This document shows, piece after piece, positions 29,043 to 39,771 of a stretch of 64,000 nucleotides of DNA (positions are counted from its first letter, which is position 1; each line of letters begins with the position of its first letter). This stretch comes from Candidatus Poseidoniaceae archaeon (lineage in GTDB: Archaea > Thermoplasmatota > Poseidoniia > Poseidoniales > Poseidoniaceae). The notes beneath the pieces are model-generated. The model had not been told where the DNA came from. It searched no databases and saw only the letters and a list, made by a program, of their open reading frames with translations. The stretch is taken from positions 753-64,752 of the forward strand of contig JBMZIJ010000001.1 in assembly GCA_049616955.1 (NCBI GenBank), in the 5' to 3' direction. The position numbers and the translations under genes were made by a program.

Positions 29043-31053
29043 TGTGTTCAACTCCGAATACTTCATCTAAAAGATCATCATCAACCATCTCTGGAACGGT
29101 CACATGCAAGAGAGGGTTGATCTCCATCGCTCGTTGAATTGATGAAATCGCTCCAGAATTACGACTCCATGCACGTCGAGCGACCCCGTTCGTTACATCC
29201 CAGTGCAGCATCGATTGAAGTCGTCTTTCAGAATCTTCCGAACCATCAATGACCATTCCAAATCCTCCGTTCGAGACTTCACCCCAACCTACACCGCCAC
29301 CGTTGTGCAAACTAACCCATGTTGCGCCACGCATAGCATCACCAACGAAATTGTGTACGGACATGTCAGCAGTCCACTTTGAGCCATCACGAATGTTGGC
29401 AGTTTCCCGATAGGGAGAATCCGTTCCACTTACATCATGATGGTCTCGGCCAAGAATAATTGGTGCAGAGATACGACCACTAGCAATGGCTTGATTCATT
29501 GCTGAAGCAATTCGAGTTCGACCCTGTTCATCAGCATAGAGAATTCGCGCTTTTGAACCGACGACCAATTGATGACCGTCCGCTTCTCGAATCCATCGTA
29601 GATTATCTTGGATTTGTTGCCGTATATCGGCATCAGCCTCCTCTTGAAGCATTTGCACCAAGATTTCTTCTGCGATTTTATCCGTTTCAAGAAGGTCAGA
29701 ATCAAGCCCCGAAGAGCAAACCCACCGGAAGGGACCAAACCCTCGATCAAAGCAGAGTGGCCCCATGATATCCTCGACATAGGAAGGGTACTTGTAAGAA
29801 CCATCGTGGTTGAAGATATCGGCTCCAGCGCGGCCTGATTCAAGGAGAAATGCATTCCCATAATCCCAAAAGAACATGCCCTTGTCTACGAGTTTGTTGA
29901 TGGCGTTCACATGCCTACAGAGTGAATCCTGTACCATCGTTTTGAACACATCGGGTTGCTCGTGCATAATGTTCTGAGCTTCATCGAAGGAGATGCCAGC
30001 AGGGAAGTATCCTCCTTGGAATGGATTGTGCAAGGACGTTTGATCGCTACCGAGATGAACAAAGACATCTCGTTGAATGATTCGCTCCCATAAATCGACG
30101 ATGTTACCAACAAAACCAACAGATGTGGCAATACGTTCTTCAGATGCAGCAAGCATTTTGTCAATGGCTTCATCAACATTGTAGGAGAGATGCTCGACCC
30201 AACCTTGTTCATATCGCTTCTCCGCTGCAATTGGATTTGATTCAGCAACAATGCATGAAGCTCCAGCAATGACTGCAGCCTTTGCTTGTGCACCCGACAT
30301 ACCTCCCAAACCTGATGTTACGAAACATAATCCACGCAGGTCCCCTTCTGGAGGGATTCCAAACTTCATCCTTGCAGCATTCATGAGCGTGATGGTTGTG
30401 CCATGGACGATTCCCTGAGGGCCAATATACATGTAAGACCCTGCCGTCATTTGTCCATATTGCGTCACACCAATGGAATTCAAACGTTCATAGTCTTCCG
30501 TGGTTGAGTAATTCGGTATCATCATTCCATTCGTGACAACAACTCGTGGCGCATCGTTATGGGATGGAAACAATCCAAGAGGATGCCCAGAATACATGAC
30601 GAGTGTCTGTTCATCGGTCATATCGGACAAATACTTCATCACAAGACGATATTGCGCCCAATTTTGAAACACTGCTCCATTTCCTCCGTACGTGATTAAC
30701 TCATTTGGAAACTGTGCAACACGTGGATCGAGGTTGTTTTCAATCATCAACATGATGCCTGCGGCTTGTTTCGAGTTAGTTGGATATTCATCAATTGGCC
30801 GTGCATAGAGGTCTTCAGTAGGACGGAAACGATGCATGTATATTCGACCGTATGTTCTTAATTCCTCAAGGAATTCTTGCGATAATACTGCATGATGGCG
30901 AGGATGGAAGTATCGAAGGGCATTCTGAAGTGCTAAACGTTCGTCGCTTGGTGAAAGAATTTGCTTGCGGAATGGAGCATGGTCAACATGTGGGTCGAGA
31001 CCCGGATGCGGGGGCAACTCTTCAGGAAGACCTCGATAATTTTCATGCAACAT
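29035..31053 (-). CDS. hutU: Urocanate hydratase (long form, 672 aa)
   Basis: YGQMTAGS, GLGGMSGAQ, GRDHHDVSG and HNGGGVGWG motifs. Confidence 0.97.
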   Translation of the reverse strand: MLHENYRGLPEELPPHPGLDPHVDHAPFRKQILSPSDERLALQNALRYFHPRHHAVLSQEFLEELRTYGRIYMHRFRPTEDLYARPIDEYPTNSKQAAGIMLMIENNLDPRVAQFPNELITYGGNGAVFQNWAQYRLVMKYLSDMTDEQTLVMYSGHPLGLFPSHNDAPRVVVTNGMMIPNYSTTEDYERLNSIGVTQYGQMTAGSYMYIGPQGIVHGTTITLMNAARMKFGIPPEGDLRGLCFVTSGLGGMSGAQAKAAVIAGASCIVAESNPIAAEKRYEQGWVEHLSYNVDEAIDKMLAASEERIATSVGFVGNIVDLWERIIQRDVFVHLGSDQTSLHNPFQGGYFPAGISFDEAQNIMHEQPDVFKTMVQDSLCRHVNAINKLVDKGMFFWDYGNAFLLESGRAGADIFNHDGSYKYPSYVEDIMGPLCFDRGFGPFRWVCSSGLDSDLLETDKIAEEILVQMLQEEADADIRQQIQDNLRWIREADGHQLVVGSKARILYADEQGRTRIASAMNQAIASGRISAPIILGRDHHDVSGTDSPYRETANIRDGSKWTADMSVHNFVGDAMRGATWVSLHNGGGVGWGEVSNGGFGMVIDGSEDSERRLQSMLHWDVTNGVARRAWSRNSGAISSIQRAMEINPLLHVTVPEMVDDDLLDEVFGVEHND

Positions 31054-31154
31054 ACTCGCCCTCCTACAATCATCCCAGAAGACCGAAGGACTTGAGGATT
31101 ATTCATCATCCACCATTCCGACGGATTGAAGAACAAGCGAGATATGTCGTTAAC

Positions 31155-33035
31155 ATGACGAGTGATATGGACGTCGACGCTATTTTATTGGATGTCGAAA
31201 AGGACATATCGAAATCATTCAATGCAGTCCTTGGAGCAACCATTGCTGTTTGTATCGTTTTCCTCTTTCTATCGGCTACGTTTGGGAGTCCAGTATCAAA
31301 AATGATCGACGACTCATCAACTTCGAATGGTGAATACGTACCAGTTTGGGAACGCTATTTGATGGATTACAAAACAGACGCTGATCACGGCTTTGTTTTG
31401 GATACAGGTTCGTATGAGATACTCGAGACTGCCAATGAATGGAACTCGACGCATCATTTTGTTGAGTACGAGTTGCCATTGGAAGAAGGTGGTGCCGCAC
31501 CTAATGGATTGATCAGTCTCGCGGTGTGGAGGCCTAATGTCGAAGAAGGCGTGAAAGTACCTGTTATCGCTGAAATAGGACCTTATTTTCAAGAACCTTC
31601 GGTGCAAACACCAACAATTGAAGTCCCAGGAAGTTGGCTTGGTACGATGATTATCGACCAAATTTTGCCCCACGGGTATGCATTCGCTCAAATTTCTGTA
31701 TCGGGTACTGGACGATCCAATCATTGCATGGATCTGATGGGGACGGCTGAACAACTTGGTAACGATGCGGCAGTTCGTTGGCTCGCAGAACAAAATTGGA
31801 GCAACGGAAATATTGGACTGATTGGCAAATCTTACGATGGTTCAACGCCTTGGCAGGCTGCTATGTTTGGAAATGAACACGATTATTTGAAAACAATCGT
31901 CCCAATATCCGGGCTCATCGGTGTCAAGGAACTCATGTGGCGAAATGGTAGCGCAGAAGCTCGAGCCCCGATTATGCATAACGGCGTTTATGGGTCGTAT
32001 GGTATTGATGGTGATGAGGAGGATTACCAGAACATATGTCCTGATTATTTGATTGGACCGGGGACAGGAACGTCCGCATACTTACTTGGTTCTGAAGTAT
32101 TCGGAGATTATTGGGCTGAACGATATTTCCTCGACCGAGTTCTCGCTAATTATCAGGGCTCTGTCTATTTGATTCAAGGTATGCACGATTGGAACGTTGA
32201 CCCACACATGGCAGTTCCAACAATGAACGCGCTCATTGATGCAGGTATCGAAGCAAAGGGATTGTTTGGCCAGTGGGATCACGACTACCCTGATCGTCCA
32301 GTTCAATTGTATGAACGAAGTGATTTAGGTGGTAGAGGTGGAGAAGCTTTTCCACAAATGATTCGTTTTGATTGGATGCAAGATCTTCTGGAATGGTTTG
32401 AATATTATTTGCAAGAGCGAGGACCTCAACCCGGACAATGGATCGAAGTTCAGGATAATTATGGTGATTGGAGAATTGAATCGAGATACCCTCCTGCTGA
32501 TACGACAGAATGGGTTGCGCGATTGGGCAACGAGTTATCCAATGTAGGCGGTTCTACTACTATTCTACCTGATGCATCCTCTGGACCTGTATGGGAGACT
32601 GAACCTCTTACTGAAACGCTACGTGTTGTTGGCACACCAAGACTTCACGTCGATGCAACAACGGCTAGCCTTGGAGGCCAGATATATGCTCTCTTCGAAG
32701 ATTGTTACGAGGGTACATGCATCCACGTTGGTCATGCCATCATGGATCTTCGGTATCACGAAGGTGGCGATGATATCCAGACATGGATTCCACTCGTTGA
32801 AACCATTAATGCAAAAATGGAATTTATGCCATTGGATGCCATGATTGAGGAAGGACATACGATACGAATTTCTCTTACTTCAACTGGAGAGGACTATCTG
32901 CCAGCGAGTACATCATCGATTGTAACGATTCAAGAAGGTGATTCTTCGACGCTTCAACTTGATATTATTGATCCCGATTCAGATGAGCGATTGTATTTTA
33001 TTCCGCCAATTTGTCAACACGAGTTGTGTTCTTAG
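31155..33035 (+). CDS. Membrane-anchored CocE/NonD (peptidase S15, X-Pro dipeptidyl-peptidase-like) hydrolase
   Basis: GKSYDG nucleophile motif, QGMHDWNV and GQWDH; ATG 31155 has TTGAAGAA 21 nt upstream. Confidence 0.88.
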   Translation: MTSDMDVDAILLDVEKDISKSFNAVLGATIAVCIVFLFLSATFGSPVSKMIDDSSTSNGEYVPVWERYLMDYKTDADHGFVLDTGSYEILETANEWNSTHHFVEYELPLEEGGAAPNGLISLAVWRPNVEEGVKVPVIAEIGPYFQEPSVQTPTIEVPGSWLGTMIIDQILPHGYAFAQISVSGTGRSNHCMDLMGTAEQLGNDAAVRWLAEQNWSNGNIGLIGKSYDGSTPWQAAMFGNEHDYLKTIVPISGLIGVKELMWRNGSAEARAPIMHNGVYGSYGIDGDEEDYQNICPDYLIGPGTGTSAYLLGSEVFGDYWAERYFLDRVLANYQGSVYLIQGMHDWNVDPHMAVPTMNALIDAGIEAKGLFGQWDHDYPDRPVQLYERSDLGGRGGEAFPQMIRFDWMQDLLEWFEYYLQERGPQPGQWIEVQDNYGDWRIESRYPPADTTEWVARLGNELSNVGGSTTILPDASSGPVWETEPLTETLRVVGTPRLHVDATTASLGGQIYALFEDCYEGTCIHVGHAIMDLRYHEGGDDIQTWIPLVETINAKMEFMPLDAMIEEGHTIRISLTSTGEDYLPASTSSIVTIQEGDSSTLQLDIIDPDSDERLYFIPPICQHELCS

Positions 33036-34257
33036 GGTTCCAAATTGTGAAAATAAAGCCACTGAAAATCATCAAACATGCATAACCGAGAATCCCTTGT
33101 TGGAGATTCACATATCCATGTTCAACAAGATAACCTGCAGAAATCGTGGATATGACCTGTCCAATTGAGAGGAGTAACATATCAGTTGAAAAGACTCGTC
33201 CACGCATTTCATCTTCGACCCATTGTTGTGTAAGAACGGTTGATAGTACCCAATTACCCCCACTGGCCGTATGCGCAAGTGTAACAAGCAAGAGCGTAAT
33301 GAGTAATGGACCTTCAAGGCTGAAGCCTACCAATAAGTAGAAGATTCCGCTAACGACGATCAATAGACCAATCAGCCGAGGCCACTTTTCAGAATCTTTG
33401 AAAAATCTTCTCGCAAGAATAGGTCCAATTCCGGTACCAACGCCTCTTGCAAAGAAAAAGATTCCAAATCCGAGCGCAGCACCAACAAATTCGATATCAT
33501 TTCCTGCTAATACGAGGAAAACACCTGCCAATCCACCACCTGCAATATTCCACGAAGTCTTGGCAAAGATGATGCGAAACAAACGAGGGTCAGATTGAAT
33601 ACGTTTCTGACCCATCCAGATGTCTTTCAATGATGAGGAGATGAGTGATCCTGAAGATGCCTTATCGTATGTTTGGGGAACGGTCAATGGTAAAAGGAGA
33701 AGTGTACCTACCAAAAACGTCAGTGAATCTATGATAAATGCAACAGTGACTCCATATTCTGAAACAACCAAGCCACCAGCAAATGCACCAAGGCATAGGG
33801 CAGTTGACCAAGTAGCGCTGTCCAAAGCATTTGCAGTCGTCAGATCTTCCTTCTTGACGATATTCGGCAGAGCTGCACGTTCTGCAGTAACATAGAGCCC
33901 ATGCAAGGCCATCATGATTCCTGAGCAGAGGAACATCCACCACATGTCTTCAGGACCATTGACACCTATGAACGCAAGTGCGAGGAAGATTTGCAAAACA
34001 TTCGTGATGATCATCAGTTTCTTTCGATTGACTCGATCTGCCAATAAACCGAAGAGTGGTTGCATCAATGCAAAACAACCCATTCGAACTGCCATAAGAA
34101 TGCCCAATAGTAGTTCTGAATCGGTGTATTCCAATATAATCAGAAACAAGGCGATGGTGTTGAACCATTCACCAAACATGGAGATGAAGGCTGCAAGCCA
34201 AAATTTCCGATACGTCTTGTTTTCTCGGACGAGACGTAGGTATGCGTTGTCTGACAT
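32998..34257 (-). CDS. MFS transporter
   Basis: GLLADRVNRKK motif; about 12 TM helices. Confidence 0.92.
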   Translation of the reverse strand: MSDNAYLRLVRENKTYRKFWLAAFISMFGEWFNTIALFLIILEYTDSELLLGILMAVRMGCFALMQPLFGLLADRVNRKKLMIITNVLQIFLALAFIGVNGPEDMWWMFLCSGIMMALHGLYVTAERAALPNIVKKEDLTTANALDSATWSTALCLGAFAGGLVVSEYGVTVAFIIDSLTFLVGTLLLLPLTVPQTYDKASSGSLISSSLKDIWMGQKRIQSDPRLFRIIFAKTSWNIAGGGLAGVFLVLAGNDIEFVGAALGFGIFFFARGVGTGIGPILARRFFKDSEKWPRLIGLLIVVSGIFYLLVGFSLEGPLLITLLLVTLAHTASGGNWVLSTVLTQQWVEDEMRGRVFSTDMLLLSIGQVISTISAGYLVEHGYVNLQQGILGYACLMIFSGFIFTIWNPKNTTRVDKLAE

Positions 34258-34265
34258 GATGCCAT

Positions 34266-36551
34266 TCACTCCTCTTCAGTTTCATCTACTGAAGTGGAGA
34301 GTGAAACCTCAATCCATTTTGAAGTAGGTGTGTTTGAGATGTCAGCTGTGGATTCAAGCGGAACGAGTTCATTTGCTTCGGGGAAATACGCTGCTAAGTT
34401 CCTTCGTGGAATTTCATACGGGACAAGTATCCAATGCTTTGAATGCAGTTTCTGTTCCCCATAATGACTCGTGATGTTGACGATATCCCGAGTCTTTAAA
34501 CCATGTTCTGACATATCGAGAGCGTTCATGAAAAGAACTCTTCGATTACCATGAACGCCCCTGTATCGATCGTGTAGTCCGTAAATCGTCGTATTGTATT
34601 GATCGTGGCTTCGAATTGTCATGAGAACAAAACGATCCTCTTCCAACGTAACATTTGGCAATTCATGGATTGTAAACGATGCCTTTCCTGATGGCGTATG
34701 AAATTCACAGGAATCTCGTGGTGGATTCGGTAGCAAGAAACCATTGGGTTGACGTACGCGATTGTTGTAATCATCAAAACCATGCAATGATCTCGCCATT
34801 AGATTCCGAATCTCATCATAGTCGTTCATCAACGTCGTCCAAGGCAAAGCATCTGGGCAAAGAAGTTCGCCTAATCGTGCAATCAAAGATGATTCACTGA
34901 TCAAATGTTGAGAAGCCGGTTTCATCTTACCTCTGGAACGGTGGACAATGCCCATTGAATTCTCAACCGTTACAAATTGTTCACCAGACAATTGAACATC
35001 CAATTCAGTGCGGCCAAGTACTGGCAAAATGAGGGCATTCTTGCCCGTAATGAGGTGACTTCTGTTCAACTTGGTTGAGATTTGAACCGTTAAACCAACC
35101 TTACGGAGCGATGTTGCAGTTCGGCGTGTATCAGGAGTCGCTGAAATAAAGTTCCCACCCATACACACGAAAACATCCACCTTTCCTTGTTCCATGGCAT
35201 GAATGGATTCAACAACGTCATACCCGTGTTCTTCAGGGATTTGAAATTGCAGACCTTCTTTGAGTTTTGTCAAAAAGGATTGACTTGGGGCTTCCCAAAT
35301 TCCAACGGTACGATCACCCTGAACGTTTGAATGGCCACGAACAGGACAAACGCCAGCGCCTGGGCGACCAATGTGTCCTCCAAGAAGGAGGAGGTTCACA
35401 ACTTCTTGGATGACAGCAACACCGTTCTTGTGTTGTGTCAGACCCATTGCCCAGCATGCAATTGTGGCGCTCGATTGTGAACACATTTCAGCGATGGTCT
35501 GTATCATCTGACGTTCAATGCCAGAGTCTTGAACAATCCTTTCCCATGATACCTCTGATAATGCTTGGGTAAATGCATCAAAATTCTCTGTTTTTGTTGC
35601 AATGAATTGGTTGTTTAGTGCCTCATTCGAGAGGATTTCTTTCATTACACCTTTGAGTAATGCAGCATCTCCACCAATACGTACAGGAACGTAAAGATCG
35701 GCTAATTGTGTTGATTTGAAATCACCCGACATGTAATCTTGGGGATGTTTGAATCGTTGCAATCCAGTTTCTGGTAGTGGATTAATACTGATGATTTTCG
35801 CACCGCTCTTTTTTGCATCTCGAAGTGCAGTCAACATACGCGGATGATTTGTTCCAGGATTTTGGCCAATAACGAGTATGAGATCGGACTGATCGAAATC
35901 CTCGAGATGGACGGTTCCTTTGCCAATACCAATTGTTTGTGTCAGGGCTTTACCGCTTGATTCGTGACACATATTGGAACAGTCAGGAAGATTGTTCGTG
36001 CCCATTGCTCGTACAAGAGCCTGGTAGAGGAAAGCTGCTTCATTGGAGGTTCTTCCAGAAGTGTAGTATACTCCACGTTTCGGGGAATCCATAGATTCAA
36101 TCGATGAGGCAACGAGTGCTAATGCATCATCCCAATCGATCGGCGAGTAATGTGTTTCATCCGTGCGAAGAATCATCGGTTGTGCTATTCTCCCTTGTTT
36201 ATTGAGCCAAAAATCTGATTTTTTAGCAAGTTCTTGAACTGAATACTTTTGGAAAAATTGAGCATCAACATTTGCCTTCATGGCTTCATCAGCAACGGCC
36301 TTCGCACCATTTTCACAGAATTCAAATGATGTTCGATGCTCTGGATCTGGCCATGCACAGCCAGGGCAATCAAATCCTTCCTGTTGATTCACCATCAAGA
36401 GGTTTCGAACGGTCTTTGTTATCCCCATTTTTCGAAACCCGTGATTCATGGATGATATGGCAGCTGGTATACCTGCTGCCGTTGTCTTCACTTTCGATAG
36501 GCGTAGGCGGTTTGAATCCGGAGGGGTTATCCCATCAAACTCCTCTTTCAT
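34266..36551 (-). CDS. FdhF/YdeP-family molybdopterin oxidoreductase
   Basis: GFDCPGCAWP, EFCENGAKA, YTSGRTSNEAA, CSNMCHE and RSHDQYNTT motifs. Confidence 0.93.
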   Translation of the reverse strand: MKEEFDGITPPDSNRLRLSKVKTTAAGIPAAISSMNHGFRKMGITKTVRNLLMVNQQEGFDCPGCAWPDPEHRTSFEFCENGAKAVADEAMKANVDAQFFQKYSVQELAKKSDFWLNKQGRIAQPMILRTDETHYSPIDWDDALALVASSIESMDSPKRGVYYTSGRTSNEAAFLYQALVRAMGTNNLPDCSNMCHESSGKALTQTIGIGKGTVHLEDFDQSDLILVIGQNPGTNHPRMLTALRDAKKSGAKIISINPLPETGLQRFKHPQDYMSGDFKSTQLADLYVPVRIGGDAALLKGVMKEILSNEALNNQFIATKTENFDAFTQALSEVSWERIVQDSGIERQMIQTIAEMCSQSSATIACWAMGLTQHKNGVAVIQEVVNLLLLGGHIGRPGAGVCPVRGHSNVQGDRTVGIWEAPSQSFLTKLKEGLQFQIPEEHGYDVVESIHAMEQGKVDVFVCMGGNFISATPDTRRTATSLRKVGLTVQISTKLNRSHLITGKNALILPVLGRTELDVQLSGEQFVTVENSMGIVHRSRGKMKPASQHLISESSLIARLGELLCPDALPWTTLMNDYDEIRNLMARSLHGFDDYNNRVRQPNGFLLPNPPRDSCEFHTPSGKASFTIHELPNVTLEEDRFVLMTIRSHDQYNTTIYGLHDRYRGVHGNRRVLFMNALDMSEHGLKTRDIVNITSHYGEQKLHSKHWILVPYEIPRRNLAAYFPEANELVPLESTADISNTPTSKWIEVSLSTSVDETEEE

Positions 36552-36599
36552 GGTACACGCAAATCAATTCGCTTCATCAATGCTTGGAGATAAATCCAG

Positions 36600-37379
36600 T
36601 CAATAACCAACTTTCCAAGCACCATCCTTACCCACAAAACCGTAGAGCGTAATGTTCTGTTCTCTCGCCAACTGGACTGCAGCAGATGAAAATGCACCAA
36701 GTGACGAAATTGCGGGAATGCCAGCACGAGCAGCCTTTGCAACGATGTCCCACCCACAACGTCCTGAAAGTAACAGCATTGTTTCAGCAAATTTTGTTTC
36801 ACCATTGAGAACACACTTCCCAATTGTCTTATCCACGGCATTGTGCCTCCCGATATCTTCAGATACGAACTCGATATCTCCACTGATGGTATACAAACCA
36901 GAACCGTGACTACCTCCACTCACTTTGAATAATTGCATCGAAGTCGTTAACGAATTCAAAGCATTACATATTTCCGAAAGATCTAGATTTGAAAAATAAG
37001 AATCCTTTGAAGTTTTGATGGGTACCTCTATTGACAAATCTGGATGATTGCATGCTCCACATGAACTTGTAACAATTCGCTCTCTGCTTGGAGAGTATAC
37101 GCGTCCTTGAAAATCGACATAGATTGAAACATCGTTACGAACTGTAAACAAATCTCTTGAAGCGATCTGTTCGACATACCCTTCTGAAACAAGATGGCCT
37201 GCATGCAATTCGACAAGGTCAATCGGTGTCGCCAACAACGTTGCATGCGTGAAAAATTCACCACGCTCATCAAGGCCATTCAATAGGATAGCAGTTTCCT
37301 CGACAATGATTTCTTGTTTGATGTTGGAACCTTCGAGCGTAAGGCGTTGAAGAGGAAGACGTTTCTGCCCGTCACTCAT
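36600..37379 (-). CDS. fdhD: Formate dehydrogenase accessory sulfurtransferase
   Basis: SSCGAC, EDIGRHNAVDK and LSGR motifs. Confidence 0.92.
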   Translation of the reverse strand: MSDGQKRLPLQRLTLEGSNIKQEIIVEETAILLNGLDERGEFFTHATLLATPIDLVELHAGHLVSEGYVEQIASRDLFTVRNDVSIYVDFQGRVYSPSRERIVTSSCGACNHPDLSIEVPIKTSKDSYFSNLDLSEICNALNSLTTSMQLFKVSGGSHGSGLYTISGDIEFVSEDIGRHNAVDKTIGKCVLNGETKFAETMLLLSGRCGWDIVAKAARAGIPAISSLGAFSSAAVQLAREQNITLYGFVGKDGAWKVGY

Positions 37380-37914
37380 CTTGTTCAACCTCGATATCAA
37401 AGAATTCGAATTGGAGTGCAACCAACTCGGCAGAAGTTTTCGCTGATGCATAAGCTTCCAGAGGCTCTTTGTTGAGTTCAATAAATCGCTCGCCCCAACG
37501 GAATTTACCGAGTAAAGCCATGCATTGTTCTTGACGACCCATCAAAAATAATGATGCAGCAAGAGCCTCGACGGTTGATAATTTTCCTGGTTTCCCCCAA
37601 TTCACTGGATTCGCTGCAAGTAAGAGCGGTAGCATTCGTGGTTGCAGTCGTGTTCTACGCATGACGTGAGAAACAGAATCTTCAATCTGCGCCCAAGAAC
37701 AATCAAGTCCAACAAGCGCCCCATTTTGTTCGAAGATGTCTCGATCTTCGGGGCCTAGAACTTTACCGCATAGAGGCTCAAGAATAATCCCCCTCTTTGG
37801 GAGTCGTTTGAAATCCTTGTGCAATCGGAGTAATTGGTCACGTGATGCACGCACCGCAGTATTCTTTTTCGGATCATCCTGTGCTAACCATATAGCGTGA
37901 ACAGGGATGTCCAT
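37372..37914 (-). CDS. tsr3: 16S rRNA aminocarboxypropyltransferase Tsr3 (DUF367)
   Basis: DPKKNT, DCSW and LLAANPVNWGKPGKLSTVEA motifs. Confidence 0.92.
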   Translation of the reverse strand: MDIPVHAIWLAQDDPKKNTAVRASRDQLLRLHKDFKRLPKRGIILEPLCGKVLGPEDRDIFEQNGALVGLDCSWAQIEDSVSHVMRRTRLQPRMLPLLLAANPVNWGKPGKLSTVEALAASLFLMGRQEQCMALLGKFRWGERFIELNKEPLEAYASAKTSAELVALQFEFFDIEVEQDE

Positions 37915-37918
37915 GAAC

Positions 37919-38410
37919 TCACCGTAGATCTTTCAAAAAATCACCAATTGTCATCCCTCGGCTGTTGGAAGATCGCCCAATCATGGTTTGATGGTCGCTA
38001 CTTGGTTCAACCATCAATTCAATGCCGAGAATCATTTCAAATTTCTTGATCACTGAATCTGAAGGCGGTTTACCAGATTCTGCAGATTTAATGACATTAA
38101 CTGTTTCAGCCATCCGTTGACCTAATTGAGCCTGAGTCCAACCTTTTTCCTCACGTGCATTGAGGATTATTCGAGCAAAATTATCAGCCAGTTCTTTTTC
38201 TTGTTTCGCCATAATGTTGTGTTTATTCATTTGGCGTCGATTTGATTGTGAAGGCGCTACTCGCCTTGCTTGTGCTAAACCTGGTGCTTCTTGCTTTGGT
38301 GCAAGGTTCATCTGACCAACACATCGTTGACACAAAGCAAGCATGGCCTTGTTGACTCGGTGTTCTCGAGTCGATACTTTTGTCGCACCGCACAATTCAC
38401 AATCGCCCAT
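37919..38410 (-). CDS. mbf1: Archaeal multiprotein bridging factor 1 (Zn ribbon plus HTH)
   Basis: CELCG...CQRC; AREEKGWTQAQL HTH; C-terminal TIGD. Confidence 0.9.
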   Translation of the reverse strand: MGDCELCGATKVSTREHRVNKAMLALCQRCVGQMNLAPKQEAPGLAQARRVAPSQSNRRQMNKHNIMAKQEKELADNFARIILNAREEKGWTQAQLGQRMAETVNVIKSAESGKPPSDSVIKKFEMILGIELMVEPSSDHQTMIGRSSNSRGMTIGDFLKDLR

Positions 38411-38518
38411 CGTATCCCCGTTCTATCGTCGTGACGACATTTCATGAACCCTTCGCTGTTGTTGGGCAAATGGAACGATGAGTTGATACACTGTTGTCGC
38501 AAGGAACATTTGATTGCG

Positions 38519-39739
38519 ATGAGTACGGATGTTGACCAAAGTTCCGAACCTGTTCAAAATCATCGTGACGATGATTTCCAAATACTCGAGCAAGATTACA
38601 GGCGACTCCAGGAACAAACTCAGGAGTTGATCAGTGAGCGAACTCACATTGAATCAGAACTTCGCAATTTGAAGAAACAAGCAGGACGGCTGGAAGAAGA
38701 AGTACGGCACCTACGCGCACCACCACTAATCGTTGGTACTTTGCAAGATGTCCTCGATCCAGAACGTGCCATCGTTCGATCTTCGAATGGAACAGTGTTT
38801 CAGGTGTCTCTAAATCAAAGGATTGAACCTGAACTTCTCAAACCTGGTACGCGAGTTGCTCTTAACCAAGACAACCTCTCCTTGGTTGAAGTGCTGCATG
38901 ATGCTTGGGATCCAATCGTAAGTGGTTCCGAAATGGTGGAGAAGCCAGATATCACCTACGATATGGTCGCAGGACTTGATGACGAGATTTTGTCAGTACG
39001 GGAAGCAATTGAACTGCCGCTAACGAAGCCACATCTCTTCGCTAAAGTGGGAATAAAGCCTCCGAAGGGTGTTCTCCTCGTCGGTCCACCCGGTTGTGGA
39101 AAAACGCTACTTGCAAAGGCTGTTGCCCATCACACGAATGCTACATTCATCCGCATGGTAGGCTCTGAACTTGCACAGAAGTATATCGGAGAAGGTGGGC
39201 GACTTGTGCGCGAATTGTTTTCCTTGGCCAAAGACAAGGCTCCTTCCATCATCTTCCTCGATGAAATAGACGCCATTGGTGCAAAACGGTTGGATGGTTC
39301 TACGAGCGGAGACCGAGAAGTACAACGGACGTTGATGCAACTCTTAGCGGAACTGGACGGTTTCGACGAATTAGAACATGTGAAAATTATTGCAGCAACG
39401 AATCGACCTGATATCTTGGATGATGCCCTTCTCAGGCCGGGACGATTTGACCGAATCATTGAGATTCCTATACCCGAAGAAGAATCTCGAAAAGCGATTC
39501 TCGAATTACATCTTTCCAACATGAACACAAAAGGTGTGCGATTGAAGGCCGTTGCCAATGCTACAACGGGCTTCAGTGGAGCTGAACTCAAGGCAACATG
39601 TGTTGAGGCTGGAATGATTGCGATTCGATCCAATCGAGATACCGTTGTTCATGCCGATGTGATGAAAGCCATTGAGAGATTGGTCAAGAAAAAGTCTCAA
39701 TCAGGCACGGCATCATCCCCTGAAGGATTGTACGGGTGA
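38519..39739 (+). CDS. pan: Proteasome-activating nucleotidase
   Basis: Coiled coil, OB domain, GPPGCGKT, DEID, RPGRFDR and C-terminal HbYX (LYG). Confidence 0.96.
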   Translation: MSTDVDQSSEPVQNHRDDDFQILEQDYRRLQEQTQELISERTHIESELRNLKKQAGRLEEEVRHLRAPPLIVGTLQDVLDPERAIVRSSNGTVFQVSLNQRIEPELLKPGTRVALNQDNLSLVEVLHDAWDPIVSGSEMVEKPDITYDMVAGLDDEILSVREAIELPLTKPHLFAKVGIKPPKGVLLVGPPGCGKTLLAKAVAHHTNATFIRMVGSELAQKYIGEGGRLVRELFSLAKDKAPSIIFLDEIDAIGAKRLDGSTSGDREVQRTLMQLLAELDGFDELEHVKIIAATNRPDILDDALLRPGRFDRIIEIPIPEEESRKAILELHLSNMNTKGVRLKAVANATTGFSGAELKATCVEAGMIAIRSNRDTVVHADVMKAIERLVKKKSQSGTASSPEGLYG

Positions 39740-39771
39740 ATGTTCAAAGTCCTACGTGGGAACCATGTGCC

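Noticed and set aside
30852-31154. N-terminal extension of the CocE ORF overlapping hutU on the opposite strand
   Set aside because: ATG 31155 has the promoter box at the usual spacing and precedes the TM anchor; the extension is an ORF-caller artefact.
34266-36551. Selenocysteine formate dehydrogenase
   Set aside because: The ORF is uninterrupted, has Cys at the active-site motif and has YdeP-type signatures.
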